From positions 1,216,001-1,280,000 of the forward strand of contig OY970296.1 of the NCBI GenBank assembly GCA_963716175.1: DNA of 64,000 nt, in the 5' to 3' direction. The stretch comes from an uncultured Armatimonadetes bacterium (GTDB lineage Bacteria; Armatimonadota; Hebobacteria; Hebobacterales; Hebobacteraceae). Below, one piece after another: positions 42,093-51,650 of the stretch. The translations under genes were made by a program, and so were the position numbers. A model generated the notes under the pieces. It ran no database searches. It had not been told where the DNA came from and worked only from the letters and a program-made list of their open reading frames with translations. Position 1 is the first letter of the stretch, and every line of letters begins with the position of its first letter.

Positions 42093-44339
42093 ATGAGAGC
42101 GCTGTTCCTGAAAGAGTTCCGGCAGGGCCGACCCCTGCTGATCTTCAGCCTGGTGATGGCCCTGCTCTGCGCGGCCGCCTACGCCATCTTGGGCCGGGTC
42201 GTGCTCCCCAGCTACGCCTATTTCCCGGACGAGGGGCCCAGTCCGCTCGATGCTGTCGTGGCCCTGGCGATGCTCTTCACGCCGCCGTTCCTGGCGCTGC
42301 TGGCCGGCATCGGGCTGTTCGCGGGCGAGGCGGATCACAGCACCCTGCCGGTGTTGTTCGCCTTGCCCCTCTCCCGCCGCCGCATCTGGCTGGGCAAACT
42401 GCTGGCCGGCCTGGCCCTCACCGGGGTGGGCACGGTGATCTTGCTGGGCGTTGGCCGACTGCTGCTGCCGGCCGCCTATCACAGCCTTCCCGTGACGGCT
42501 TACCTGCCCGATCTTTGCCTGATGCTCTTGTTCGTGTTCGCGGTGGCCGCGTTCGTGTCTGCGCTGACCTCCAATGTGATCGCGGCCCTGGTGGGCGCGC
42601 TGCTGGTGGGCGGGCTGCTGGCCTTGGGCCTGGGCCTGATGTACTTCGAACTCGGGGCCTTGCTGCTGGGATACAACCCCATCCTGGATGTCGGGCTCTG
42701 GGGCTTTCTGGTCACCCCGGCCCTGCTCCTCGCCTCTGCCCTGGCCGTCAGCCGCGGGGAGCTGCTTCAGTCCTGGCGGAAGCATGCCTTCGCGGTTCCC
42801 GCGCTGGTGCTGGGGCTGGTGGTGACGGCGCTGCTGGTGTGCGGCTATACGCGCTGGGCGACGCGCTACTCGCGCGCCGACGTCAGGTCCATCTCGCCGC
42901 TTTCAGCGCTGGCGAACGCACCGGCGGTAGCCCTCATCACAGGGGGTGAGCCTGTTCCGTACGAGCGGTACCAGGCGAAAGCTGCGACGGGGCCGGTTGA
43001 CCTGCTTGGTAACTGGAGCCGGCGCCCGCTCGACTGGGAACCGGGGCAGATGGGCGACCTGTTCGCAGGGCCCCTCTATCGCAGCAGCTACGCAGTGGTG
43101 CTCGACCTTGATACTGGCCGCGAGCTGCTCTCTCTGCGTTGGCCGTATGGCGCTCAAGGAGGGGGAGCGGCGGTGTCGCCAGACGGCCGGCTCGCCGCGG
43201 CCGCGCTCGGGCGCCAAGGCTTGACCTGGGGTACGCAATCCTGGCGGCCCTACGCTCAGGAACTCCGGGTCTTCGATCTGCAAGCTCGCCGGCCTCTCTA
43301 CCGGGGGGTGCCGGGCCCCCTGCGCAAGCGGGTGAACCTGAGCATTACTGAGCTGGAGTGGTCCCACCACGGGGATTACCTCGCCTTCGCTACCGCCTAT
43401 GACTGGAGCTTGCGCGGGACGCAGCAGTCTGCGTCATCTCTCTATGTGATGAGGCGGGATGGCTCAGGTCTGCGGGAGCTGGCGATCAGGCCGGCCACTG
43501 GGGACTGGGCCTGGTCTCCCACGGAAGAGGTCATCTATGCCCTGGATCGGGGCCGACTCTACCGGCTGGAGCCCGATGGGCGCGGCCCCCGGCCGATCTG
43601 GACCGCGAACGCCACCAGCCCGGCCGGCAGGCGCAGGATTGCGGGGCTCTCCCCGGATGGCCGCTGGATCGTGCTCACAGAGTTGGGGGAAGAGGTGAGG
43701 ACGGTAGTGGAAGACGAGGAGGGACGGGGAGTTCCGCCAGCTGACTACCACCAGATCAAAGCGGCCGCAGTGCTCGCGATCAGGAGCGATGGCAGCGAGA
43801 GGCACGTGCTCTGGTCATACTCGGCGCCGGCCGGAGAGGAGAGCGAGGTCAAGACGCGGCCGGGGGAGGCGACGCTGATGCGGGTGGCCTGGTCATCTGA
43901 CAGCCGCACCCTGTTCGCGCTGGTTGGTTTCGAGCCGGCGCGGGTGCCCCGCAAAGGAAGGCCGGCAAAGAGCGTGGGGCCGGCCCCTCATGCCCGGCTG
44001 CTGCGCTGGCATCCCGGCGAGCCGGGACTGGTCCCGATCGGGCCCGATCTACCCTACTGGGCGGCTACTCTGGTCACTCTGCCGAAGAGCGATGAGGCGA
44101 TGATCTGGCCCTACCCGGGATGGCATCAGCGGGCGCGGGAGGGCATCCTGTTGGTGAACAGCAGCGGCCAGACGCGGCCCTTCCCCGACGCTGCGCGCGC
44201 GGTCGAGTTCGCGGATGAGAACCAGTTCGTCTGCTTCGATGATGCGGGGCGGATGATCACGATTGCGGGGAAGCCTGGGCAGGAGAGCCTGCGCGCCACC
44301 GATCTTGCCACCGGGAAGGGCCGGCGGCTCTACCCATAG
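42093..44339 (+). CDS. ABC-2 permease fused to TolB/WD40-like beta-propeller (paralog)
   Basis: KEFRQ, LPLSRRRIWLGK, repeats SPDG/WSHHG/WSPT/WSSDS. Confidence 0.85.
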   Translation: MRALFLKEFRQGRPLLIFSLVMALLCAAAYAILGRVVLPSYAYFPDEGPSPLDAVVALAMLFTPPFLALLAGIGLFAGEADHSTLPVLFALPLSRRRIWLGKLLAGLALTGVGTVILLGVGRLLLPAAYHSLPVTAYLPDLCLMLLFVFAVAAFVSALTSNVIAALVGALLVGGLLALGLGLMYFELGALLLGYNPILDVGLWGFLVTPALLLASALAVSRGELLQSWRKHAFAVPALVLGLVVTALLVCGYTRWATRYSRADVRSISPLSALANAPAVALITGGEPVPYERYQAKAATGPVDLLGNWSRRPLDWEPGQMGDLFAGPLYRSSYAVVLDLDTGRELLSLRWPYGAQGGGAAVSPDGRLAAAALGRQGLTWGTQSWRPYAQELRVFDLQARRPLYRGVPGPLRKRVNLSITELEWSHHGDYLAFATAYDWSLRGTQQSASSLYVMRRDGSGLRELAIRPATGDWAWSPTEEVIYALDRGRLYRLEPDGRGPRPIWTANATSPAGRRRIAGLSPDGRWIVLTELGEEVRTVVEDEEGRGVPPADYHQIKAAAVLAIRSDGSERHVLWSYSAPAGEESEVKTRPGEATLMRVAWSSDSRTLFALVGFEPARVPRKGRPAKSVGPAPHARLLRWHPGEPGLVPIGPDLPYWAATLVTLPKSDEAMIWPYPGWHQRAREGILLVNSSGQTRPFPDAARAVEFADENQFVCFDDAGRMITIAGKPGQESLRATDLATGKGRRLYP

Positions 44340-44385
44340 CCGGGCGCAATGCTTGCCCGCCGGCCGTGTGGCGGGAACTGCGCCC

Positions 44386-46434
44386 CTACAGGTGCGGGGG
44401 CTTTGTGCCATCTCGAGAGAAGGTGATGCGGTCCTGGCCGACGGTCACCACTCCCTTCTTCAGCTCCACATCGGGCGCGGTCTCGCCCTGTGCCAGTGGG
44501 ACCAGGACAACCATGAACTCCATCTCCTTCGCCTTCTCCGGCGCGCAGATGCGGAGGGTCAAAGGTGACTCCACATTGATCTTGTCCCCGATGCCAGGCA
44601 GCACGGCGAGGGTCACACCCTTGGGCGAAAGGACCCGCCCCGCGAGCCAGGCGCGCTCTCCCTGGATGATGAAGCGGTCGCCGGTGCATTCGGCGCCGGG
44701 CGAGGCGGCCGCAGGTTGGGAACCTGCGCTACCGGCCGCAGGTTGGGAACCTGCGCTACTGACCTGCACGCTGGCGAAGGTGACGGGGCCGCCCGGCTGG
44801 AGCATGAACTCGAAGCTCTCGGTCTGCTTCACCCGGGCGCGGTCGCGCACGACCACATAGCCCCACTTGCCGGTGCCCTCATGCGGGTGCACCAGGGTCA
44901 GCTCGCGCACCACGGACTCCGCGCCTTCATAGGCCTGAGTCGCGTCAGACCGGAACCAGATCAGGCCGTCTCGCTCTTCCGCGTCGGTGATCACGGCGCC
45001 ACTATCGTTATCCTTGCGCTGGTTCCGACCGCCGATCACCAGGCAGTTGTGGCCGGCGGTGTCGTTACTGAAGTAGTCCACCTCCTTGCCGTAGTAGCCG
45101 GGCCCTACCTCGCCGTAGCCGTAATCGCGCAGCAGCCACTCGCCCCCCGCGTTGAGCAGGAAGTCGTTGACATCGAGGTGGGAGTGGGAGACATCGGCCT
45201 TGCCGCTGCGGAGGTGAAGGGTGAGCGCATCCGCGTTCCAGCTTGTCCGCGCGCCGGCGAAGCCGGTCTGCTCGAAGGCGTGCCACAACGGCAGGCTCTC
45301 AGGCACTTCCGCCTCGAGCGATGGGTCGCGCCAGAGCAGCTCGTATAGGGCCGAGTCCAGATCGCGTTGCCGAGGCAGCGCCGCGCCCAGCCACTGGGCG
45401 AGCGGATTCCGGTACTCCGCCGCCAGCCGGTACATGAGAGGGCCGATCGCGTGCCAGTCGCGGGGTGGGCCGTCGCCGAAGTTGGCGCAGGTGCCCATGT
45501 CGGGGCCGGCCAGGTAGAGCCGGAAGAGATGGGTGTTACGGAGGTAGATGGAGGTGTAGAAATCCTCGGTGAGGTAGGGCCTGGTGGCGGTGATGAACCG
45601 GACCAGGGACTCCATGCCATAGCCCCAATACGGCACGCCCTCCTCATAGGCCCCTTCCTCCGGCAGCTCGGCGACGATGTGGTGGAATCCCCACTCCGCC
45701 TTCGCCAGCCACTCGCCCACCCCCGGCACGTCTCCCGCCAGCGCCACCGCGGTCACGCCCAGCCCGCCGTAGTTGCACCAGGCGTGGTTCTGACGCCAGG
45801 AGGTCTTCCACCAGCCGCGGTTGTTGGCGCCGATGGCGGCCTCGTACATCACCTTGCCGTGCTCGGCGAGGATCCGGCGCAGGCGCTCGCGATCCTCTGG
45901 CGACCAGCGGCCGTAGAGCCAGTCATAGGCGATGGAGATGCCGTAGAGCTCATGCGCGGCGGCCAGGTCAGTGCCCTCGAAGATGCCCGCACCCCAGAGG
46001 GGATACTCGCCGGGCTTGAGCGCCCACTTGCGGGCGGCCTCGAAGTACTTGGGGTCGGGGTCGAGCAAGGCCACCAGCGCCAGCCCGGGGATGCGGTAGC
46101 CGAACACGCGCTGCCACAGCATCTCGTCATTGGGCGTGCCCGGCCGCGTGGGTTCGCTTTCGATGGGCCGGTTCTCGGGCGGGTCGTGGTCGAGGGACTT
46201 ATCCACCGCGGCCTTCAGGCGCTCCCATTCCGCGCGTTTGGTGGTCTTGATCTCCTCTCTCAGCCGCGCCAGGCCGTCGGCCTGGAAGAACAGCCGGGGC
46301 CGGCCTGCGTTCGCGATGCTTGTCTCCAGCTCGGTCGGGTTCATGCTCACCTCACTCGATTTCCGCGCAGCCGGACAGGCGGCGGTCATCACCAGCCCGA
46401 CAACCACAAGTAGAATGGACGCATTCCTTCTCAA
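44386..46434 (-). CDS. Heparinase II/III-family (DUF4962-like) polysaccharide lyase; start TTG 46434 or ATG 46344
   Basis: RPRLFF, QNH, YEEGVPYWGYG, NFGDG, SHSHLDVNDF, GHN. Confidence 0.85.
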   Translation of the reverse strand: MRRNASILLVVVGLVMTAACPAARKSSEVSMNPTELETSIANAGRPRLFFQADGLARLREEIKTTKRAEWERLKAAVDKSLDHDPPENRPIESEPTRPGTPNDEMLWQRVFGYRIPGLALVALLDPDPKYFEAARKWALKPGEYPLWGAGIFEGTDLAAAHELYGISIAYDWLYGRWSPEDRERLRRILAEHGKVMYEAAIGANNRGWWKTSWRQNHAWCNYGGLGVTAVALAGDVPGVGEWLAKAEWGFHHIVAELPEEGAYEEGVPYWGYGMESLVRFITATRPYLTEDFYTSIYLRNTHLFRLYLAGPDMGTCANFGDGPPRDWHAIGPLMYRLAAEYRNPLAQWLGAALPRQRDLDSALYELLWRDPSLEAEVPESLPLWHAFEQTGFAGARTSWNADALTLHLRSGKADVSHSHLDVNDFLLNAGGEWLLRDYGYGEVGPGYYGKEVDYFSNDTAGHNCLVIGGRNQRKDNDSGAVITDAEERDGLIWFRSDATQAYEGAESVVRELTLVHPHEGTGKWGYVVVRDRARVKQTESFEFMLQPGGPVTFASVQVSSAGSQPAAGSAGSQPAAASPGAECTGDRFIIQGERAWLAGRVLSPKGVTLAVLPGIGDKINVESPLTLRICAPEKAKEMEFMVVLVPLAQGETAPDVELKKGVVTVGQDRITFSRDGTKPPHL

Positions 46435-47297
46435 CGGAGGCGTTTCCTGAAGACCAGGCAGTAATGGTGATGGTAGTTGGGCACGAAGATCTTGGGATAT
46501 CCCCAGATCCCCAGGGGCTTGGTATTCTGGCACCAGATGCGCTCTCCCTGGAACTGCCATCCTTTTCCGATCTGCCGCGCCAGGTCCCAGGCCAGCGGTC
46601 TGATCTCGCCCTCCGGGTCGCGCAGGTTCTGCGCCACCACCACCAGGTATCTGCCGGGCTTCACGCATTTCCTCACTCCGGCGAAGACTTTGCCCAGGGC
46701 GGAGACGAACTCGCGGTAGTCGGCGATGTTGCCCAGATCCTCGCCGCGGTGAGAGTAGACGGTGTCGAGGCCGCTGGCCGCGCGCTGCTTGTGCTTCGAG
46801 AACACCCCTCCGCGGCTGGTGCGCAGCATGCGCCAGTACGGCGGGGAGGTGATCACGAAATCGAACTGAGGGAGGCCGCGGCGGAACGCGATGCCGGCCG
46901 CCTCCAGTTTCACGCGCCGCGGTTGCCAGAAGTCGGCCACTCCAATCGCCCGCGCGTCACCGCGTATCACCGTCTGCGGCGGCTCCGCACCCTTCACCCT
47001 TTGCTCCGCCGTCCGCGCGTATTTCGCGCTCAGCTCCACCCCCGCGCCCACGCGCCCATTCTCCGCGCAGGCCACCAGCGTCGCCCCCGACCCCAGGAAT
47101 GGGTCGAGCACCGCCCCGCCGCGCTTGGTGAAGAAGCGCAGAAACTCCGCCACCATCTCCTCAGGGAAGCGCGCCGGGTGCAGCTCGGTGGGCTTGTTCT
47201 TCCAGTAGCGCGGCGAATCGCACACGAACCAGGTCCGCGTGAACTTGATCCATTCCTTGCCGGTGAGGTCATTGAGATCGTTACGTCGCTTGTTCAT
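46431..47297 (-). CDS. Orphan N4/N6 DNA methyltransferase (motif I before motif IV)
   Basis: NDLTGKEWIK, HPARFP, LDPFLGSGAT, ITSPPYW. Confidence 0.88.
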   Translation of the reverse strand: MNKRRNDLNDLTGKEWIKFTRTWFVCDSPRYWKNKPTELHPARFPEEMVAEFLRFFTKRGGAVLDPFLGSGATLVACAENGRVGAGVELSAKYARTAEQRVKGAEPPQTVIRGDARAIGVADFWQPRRVKLEAAGIAFRRGLPQFDFVITSPPYWRMLRTSRGGVFSKHKQRAASGLDTVYSHRGEDLGNIADYREFVSALGKVFAGVRKCVKPGRYLVVVAQNLRDPEGEIRPLAWDLARQIGKGWQFQGERIWCQNTKPLGIWGYPKIFVPNYHHHYCLVFRKRLR

Positions 47298-47396
47298 CGC
47301 CTCTGTAGGGCGGGCATTCCTATGCCCGCCGGTCTCCGTCCTCGCGCTGCGAAGCAGCGCTCTAATCTGCGCAATCTGCGGATTACGCCGTTCCCT

Positions 47397-49637
47397 TCAC
47401 TCCGCCAGCAACGGCCTCAGCCGCGTATACCTCCGCGCCTGCTTGTTATTGCGCACCGCGGTCCAGATGGCAGGCCGGTTGCCGACGAAGACGCATTTGC
47501 GCTGGGCGCGGGTGAGGCCGGTGTAGAGCAGATTGCGCTGGAGCATGATGTACTGGCTGGTGTGGCAGATCAGCACCACCGCCGGGTATTCGCTGCCCTG
47601 GGCCTTGTGCACGGTCATGGCATAGGCCAGCTCCAGCTCGTCCAGCTCGTCATAGCCGTACCACCCGGTGGCGTCGAGGAACTGCACCGTCACCTTGCGG
47701 TCGGCCGGATTGATCGCCAGCACGGTGCCGACGTCGCCGTTGAACACTTCCTTGGCGTAGTTATTGATGGTCTGCAACACCCGGTCGCCCTCGCGGATCA
47801 CCTTCTCTCCGCGCCGCACCTCGGCCCGGCCCGCAGCGGCGGGGTTGAGCGCCTGCTGCAGCACCCCGTTCAGCAGCACCGTGCCCAGGTTGCGCTTGTT
47901 CATGGGGGTGAGCACCTGGATGTCGGAGGCCTGGAAGCCCTCCCGCGGCAGCTCCTCCCCCACCAGGGCCGCCACCCGCCGCACGATCGCCTCCGGGTCG
48001 GCCTCGCTCACCAGAGTGCAGTCGTCCTCTGGCCGCGGCGGGGTGCGGAACTCGGGCAGCCGGCCCTCGTTCACCCGGTAGGCGTTCATCACGATCTGGC
48101 TCTCCCGATCCTGCCGGAAGATCTCGCTCAGCCGCGCCACCGGCACCGCCTTGGATTCGATCAGGTCGCGCAGCACCAGCCCCGGCCCCACCGATGGCAA
48201 CTGATCCACATCCCCCACCAGCACCAGCCGCGCCCGATCCGGCAGCGCCCGCACCAGCGACCAGGTCAGCTCGATATCGAGCATGGAGGCCTCGTCCACG
48301 ATCACCACATCCCCGTCCAGCGGCCGCTCTTCGTTGCGCCGGAAGACCCATTCGCGCGGGTCTATCTCCAGCAGGCGGTGGATGGTCTTGGCAGGCCGAC
48401 CGGTGACCTCGGAGAGCTTCTTGGCGGCGCGGCCGGTCGGGCTGGCCAACAGCACCTCGCATCCCGAGTCCTCGAACACGTCAACGATGGCCCGGGTCAC
48501 GGTAGTCTTCCCTACGCCCGGGCCGCCGGTGAGCACCAGCACTTTCTCGGTGAGGGCGAGCCGGACCGCCTCCGCCTGCTGCTGGGAGAGCGCGGCCTCC
48601 CCCACCCGCCGGTCTCCGGTCAGCCAGGCCTGGAGGGAATCGCCGGTGGCCTTGGCCTCCGGGGCGGCGCGGCGGAGGCGGCGCAGGTGGGCCGCCACCT
48701 CGTGCTCGGCCCGCAGCAACCGCGGCAGATAGACGGCCTGGGTGCGGCCCGGCGGCGCTTCGCCAGCGGCGGGGCGCAGCTCCGGCGCCTCCTCCACCAG
48801 CACCCACTCGCCGGCGACCAGGGATTCGTAGGCGGCCGCCAGCGCCTCCTCCTCCTCGGCCTCCAGCAGCCGGCCGGCATACTCGAGCAGGCGATCTTTT
48901 GGCAGGAAGCAATGCCCTTGCCGGGTCGCCTCCTGCAGGGCGTGGGCGAGGCCGGCCTGGAGGCGGAAAGGCGAGGAAAGCGGGACGCCCAGCTCCCGGG
49001 CGATGCGGTCCGCGGTCTTGAACCCGATGCCCTCCACCTCCATCGCCAGCTGATAGGGATTGCGCTCGACCACGGCCACCGATTCATCGCCGTAGTGCTT
49101 GTGGATGCGAATGGCGTGGGCGGCGCTGATGCCCAGGCCCTGCAGCCGCATCAGGGTGGCCTGGCTGTCCGATTGCTTCTGCCGCCGCCAGTCCTCGGCG
49201 ATGGCCTGGGCCCGCTTGCGGCCGATGCCCGGGATCTCGCGCAGCCGCTCCGGATCCTCCAGGGCCTCCAGGGTCTGGTCGCCGAACCGCGCCACCAGCA
49301 GCTCCGCCGTCTTGGGCCCGATGCCCCTGATCGCGCCGCCCGCGAGAAACCGCTTGACCGCCCCCGCGGTGAGCGGGCTGGCCACCTGGTAGCGGACGAA
49401 GCGGAACTGCTCCCCGTACTGGGGGTGGGTGATCCACTGCCCCCAGAGCTTGACCTCCATCCCCTCTCGCGCCTGGGCGAGGTTGCCCACGACGCTGACC
49501 ACCTCTCCCGCGCCGCTGCCCTCCGAGACGCGCAAGCGCGCCACCGTCCAGCCGTCGTCGGGGTTGTGGTGGCGCACCGCCTCGATGGCGCCAGTCAACT
49601 CGCGGTGCTCCTCGCGCTCAGAGCGGTCGTCAAACAC
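47397..49637 (-). CDS. recD2: ATP-dependent RecD2 DNA helicase
   Basis: HPQYGEQF, HhH GIGPKTA, GGPGVGKTT, SPTGRAAK, DEASM, GDVDQLPSVG, AYAMTVHKAQGSEY, LLYTGLTRA. Confidence 0.95.
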   Translation of the reverse strand: MFDDRSEREEHRELTGAIEAVRHHNPDDGWTVARLRVSEGSGAGEVVSVVGNLAQAREGMEVKLWGQWITHPQYGEQFRFVRYQVASPLTAGAVKRFLAGGAIRGIGPKTAELLVARFGDQTLEALEDPERLREIPGIGRKRAQAIAEDWRRQKQSDSQATLMRLQGLGISAAHAIRIHKHYGDESVAVVERNPYQLAMEVEGIGFKTADRIARELGVPLSSPFRLQAGLAHALQEATRQGHCFLPKDRLLEYAGRLLEAEEEEALAAAYESLVAGEWVLVEEAPELRPAAGEAPPGRTQAVYLPRLLRAEHEVAAHLRRLRRAAPEAKATGDSLQAWLTGDRRVGEAALSQQQAEAVRLALTEKVLVLTGGPGVGKTTVTRAIVDVFEDSGCEVLLASPTGRAAKKLSEVTGRPAKTIHRLLEIDPREWVFRRNEERPLDGDVVIVDEASMLDIELTWSLVRALPDRARLVLVGDVDQLPSVGPGLVLRDLIESKAVPVARLSEIFRQDRESQIVMNAYRVNEGRLPEFRTPPRPEDDCTLVSEADPEAIVRRVAALVGEELPREGFQASDIQVLTPMNKRNLGTVLLNGVLQQALNPAAAGRAEVRRGEKVIREGDRVLQTINNYAKEVFNGDVGTVLAINPADRKVTVQFLDATGWYGYDELDELELAYAMTVHKAQGSEYPAVVLICHTSQYIMLQRNLLYTGLTRAQRKCVFVGNRPAIWTAVRNNKQARRYTRLRPLLAE

Positions 49638-49810
49638 GAGGAGGGTGGTTCGACCAGGGGCCGAGCGCGCCCTGCCGCGCAGCGGCTCCGCGTTCCTGGT
49701 GCGCGTCGCACAGTCGGCTAGGGGCGCAATTCATTGCGCCCAGAAGGCCCCCCGGCGTGATGTGGCTAGGTTGCCCAGATGCTACGGCCACACGCTGGGC
49801 CTGGTCACTC

Positions 49811-49839
49811 TTGACGCTGGCAGCATGGTATGATAGAGT
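49811..49839 (+). promoter_or_regulatory. Putative sigma70 promoter of the rpmG-secE-nusG operon
   Basis: TTGACG, 17-nt spacer ending TGA (extended -10), TAGAGT. Confidence 0.6.
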
Positions 49840-49923
49840 GACAGGCGGGTTGAGCCAGGCGGAAGGTGCCCGTGCCGCTGGCTCGGTTTTTCTTGGCCCA
49901 GAGGTTGGAAGGGAGCGTCGGCC

Positions 49924-50115
49924 TTGCCGCGGCAAAGCCGGATTCACGATCGGGGCTTCTGGTGGGCGTGCACTGAGTGCCGCAGCCGGAACTATACCAG
50001 TTACAAGAACAAGCGCAACGACCCGGACCGCATGAAGCTGCGGAAGTACTGCCCGGAGTGCCGCAAGCACACCGAGCACCGGGAGACAGGGCTTACCGCG
50101 CGGGCGGGCCGCTAG
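49924..50115 (+). CDS. rpmG: 50S ribosomal protein L33 (zinc-binding form)
   Basis: [40 protein letters not shown]; synteny with tRNA-Trp and secE. Confidence 0.95.
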   Translation: MPRQSRIHDRGFWWACTECRSRNYTSYKNKRNDPDRMKLRKYCPECRKHTEHRETGLTARAGR

Positions 50116-50151
50116 TCCGCCGGCGGGCTTGTCGGGCAGGGCGCGGAATGC

Positions 50152-50228
50152 AGGCCCGTAGCTCTAATTGGTAGAGCGCCGGTCTCCAAAACCGGTGGTT
50201 GTCGGTTCGAATCCGGCCGGGCCTGCCA
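50152..50228 (+). tRNA. tRNA-Trp (CCA)
   Basis: AGGCCCG/CGGGCCT acceptor stem, CCGGT-CTCCAAA-ACCGG anticodon arm, GGTTCGAATCC, encoded 3' CCA. Confidence 0.97.
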
Positions 50229-50295
50229 TTGCATTTGTGGGCCGGCGAGACGGTGGGCAGGGGAGGCCGCGGGCGAGGGGGGCAGGGACCAGAAG

Positions 50296-50532
50296 ATGAG
50301 AGCAATCGCAGAAGAGCGACGTGTCGGTGCCAGCCGGTCGGGCCGCGGGGCCCGCGTCAAGGGCTTCTTCCGAGACGCCTGGCTGGAGCTGCAGAAGGTG
50401 ATCTGGCCCGGCCGCGAGGATGTGGTGAAGATGACCGGGCTGGTGGTGGCGGTGGTGATGATCGTGGGCCTGTTCATCTACCTCTGGGACCAGGTCTTGG
50501 TGCAGATCACCAGGCCCCTGTTCCCGACCTAG
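50296..50532 (+). CDS. secE: Preprotein translocase subunit SecE
   Basis: FFRDAWLELQKVIWPGR plus a single TM helix. Confidence 0.95.
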   Translation: MRAIAEERRVGASRSGRGARVKGFFRDAWLELQKVIWPGREDVVKMTGLVVAVVMIVGLFIYLWDQVLVQITRPLFPT

Positions 50533-50628
50533 CAGCATGCGGGCAAGTAGGCGGTCTGGCCGCCGCCCGGGAGGCCTGGCAGGTGCTGACGCCGGCTGGG
50601 CGCCGGTCCCACCGAGGTTGAAGAGCGA

Positions 50629-51159
50629 ATGGCGAAACAGTGGTACGTGGTGCATACCTTCACCGGGCATGAGGACAAGGTGAAGGTGAGTATCGAGAGG
50701 CGGGCCACCTCCATGGGGCTGGGTGATCGGGTGGGTCGCATCCTGGTGCCCACGGAGGAGGAGCTGCGAGGCACGCGGCGCGGCCGGCGCCAGGTGAGCA
50801 AGCATAAGATCTTCCCGGGCTATGTGATCGTGGAGATGGAGCTGGACGATCAGACCCGGCACCTGGTGCGGGACACCGCGGGTGTCACCGGGTTCGTGGG
50901 GCCCGACCGGCAGCCGGTTGCGCTGCGGCCGGATGAGGTGGACCGGCTGCTGACCACGGTGAGCGAGGAAGCGCCTCCGCTGCGGGCGGCCTGGAATGTG
51001 GGAGAGACGGTGCGCATCACCTCGGAGCCCTTCGATGGCATTCACGGCAAGGTGGTGGATGTGGATCTGAGGCGGGAGAAGCTGCGGGTGCTGGTCTCCA
51101 TCTTTGGGCGGGAGACGCCGGTGGAGGTGGACTTCGCAGATGTCGAGAAGCTGGACTGA
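50629..51159 (+). CDS. nusG: Transcription termination/antitermination factor NusG
   Basis: WYVVHTFTGHEDKV, IFPGY, VTGFVG, SIFGRETPVE. Confidence 0.98.
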   Translation: MAKQWYVVHTFTGHEDKVKVSIERRATSMGLGDRVGRILVPTEEELRGTRRGRRQVSKHKIFPGYVIVEMELDDQTRHLVRDTAGVTGFVGPDRQPVALRPDEVDRLLTTVSEEAPPLRAAWNVGETVRITSEPFDGIHGKVVDVDLRREKLRVLVSIFGRETPVEVDFADVEKLD

Positions 51160-51220
51160 GGTGACGCAGCAAGCGGGCGCGGAGGCCGCGGTCTGAGCAG
51201 GCCGAGCGAGGGAGTGGGCG

Positions 51221-51646
51221 ATGGCGAAGAAGGTGCGGACCATAGTGAAGCTTCAGATCGAGGCGGGCAAGGCGACCACCGGGCCCCCGGTGGGTCCCTC
51301 GCTGGCGCCGCACGGCATCAACCTGATGGAGCTGATTAAGGCCTACAACGCCGCCACCGCGTCTCAGGTGGGCACCATCGTGCCGGTGGAGGTGACCATC
51401 TACGAAGATCGGTCCTACAGCTTCGAGCTGAAGACCCCTCCGGCCTCGCAGCTCTTGCGCAAGGCGGCGGGAGTGGAGAAGGGCTCGGGAGAAACCGGGC
51501 GGGCGGTGGCGGGGAAAGTAACCATGGCCCAGGTGCGGGAGATCGCCCAGATCAAGATGCGAGACCTGAACGCCAACGACATCGACGCGGCGGCGAAGAT
51601 CATCGCGGGCACGGCCCGCAGCATGGGCCTGCAGGTCGAGGGGTAG
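51221..51646 (+). CDS. rplK: 50S ribosomal protein L11
   Basis: [31 protein letters not shown]. Confidence 0.98.
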   Translation: MAKKVRTIVKLQIEAGKATTGPPVGPSLAPHGINLMELIKAYNAATASQVGTIVPVEVTIYEDRSYSFELKTPPASQLLRKAAGVEKGSGETGRAVAGKVTMAQVREIAQIKMRDLNANDIDAAAKIIAGTARSMGLQVEG

Positions 51647-51650
51647 AGAG

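Noticed and set aside
46320-49721. 1133-aa plus-strand ORF
   Set aside because: Antisense shadow of recD2 and the MTase, expected in high-GC DNA; no motifs
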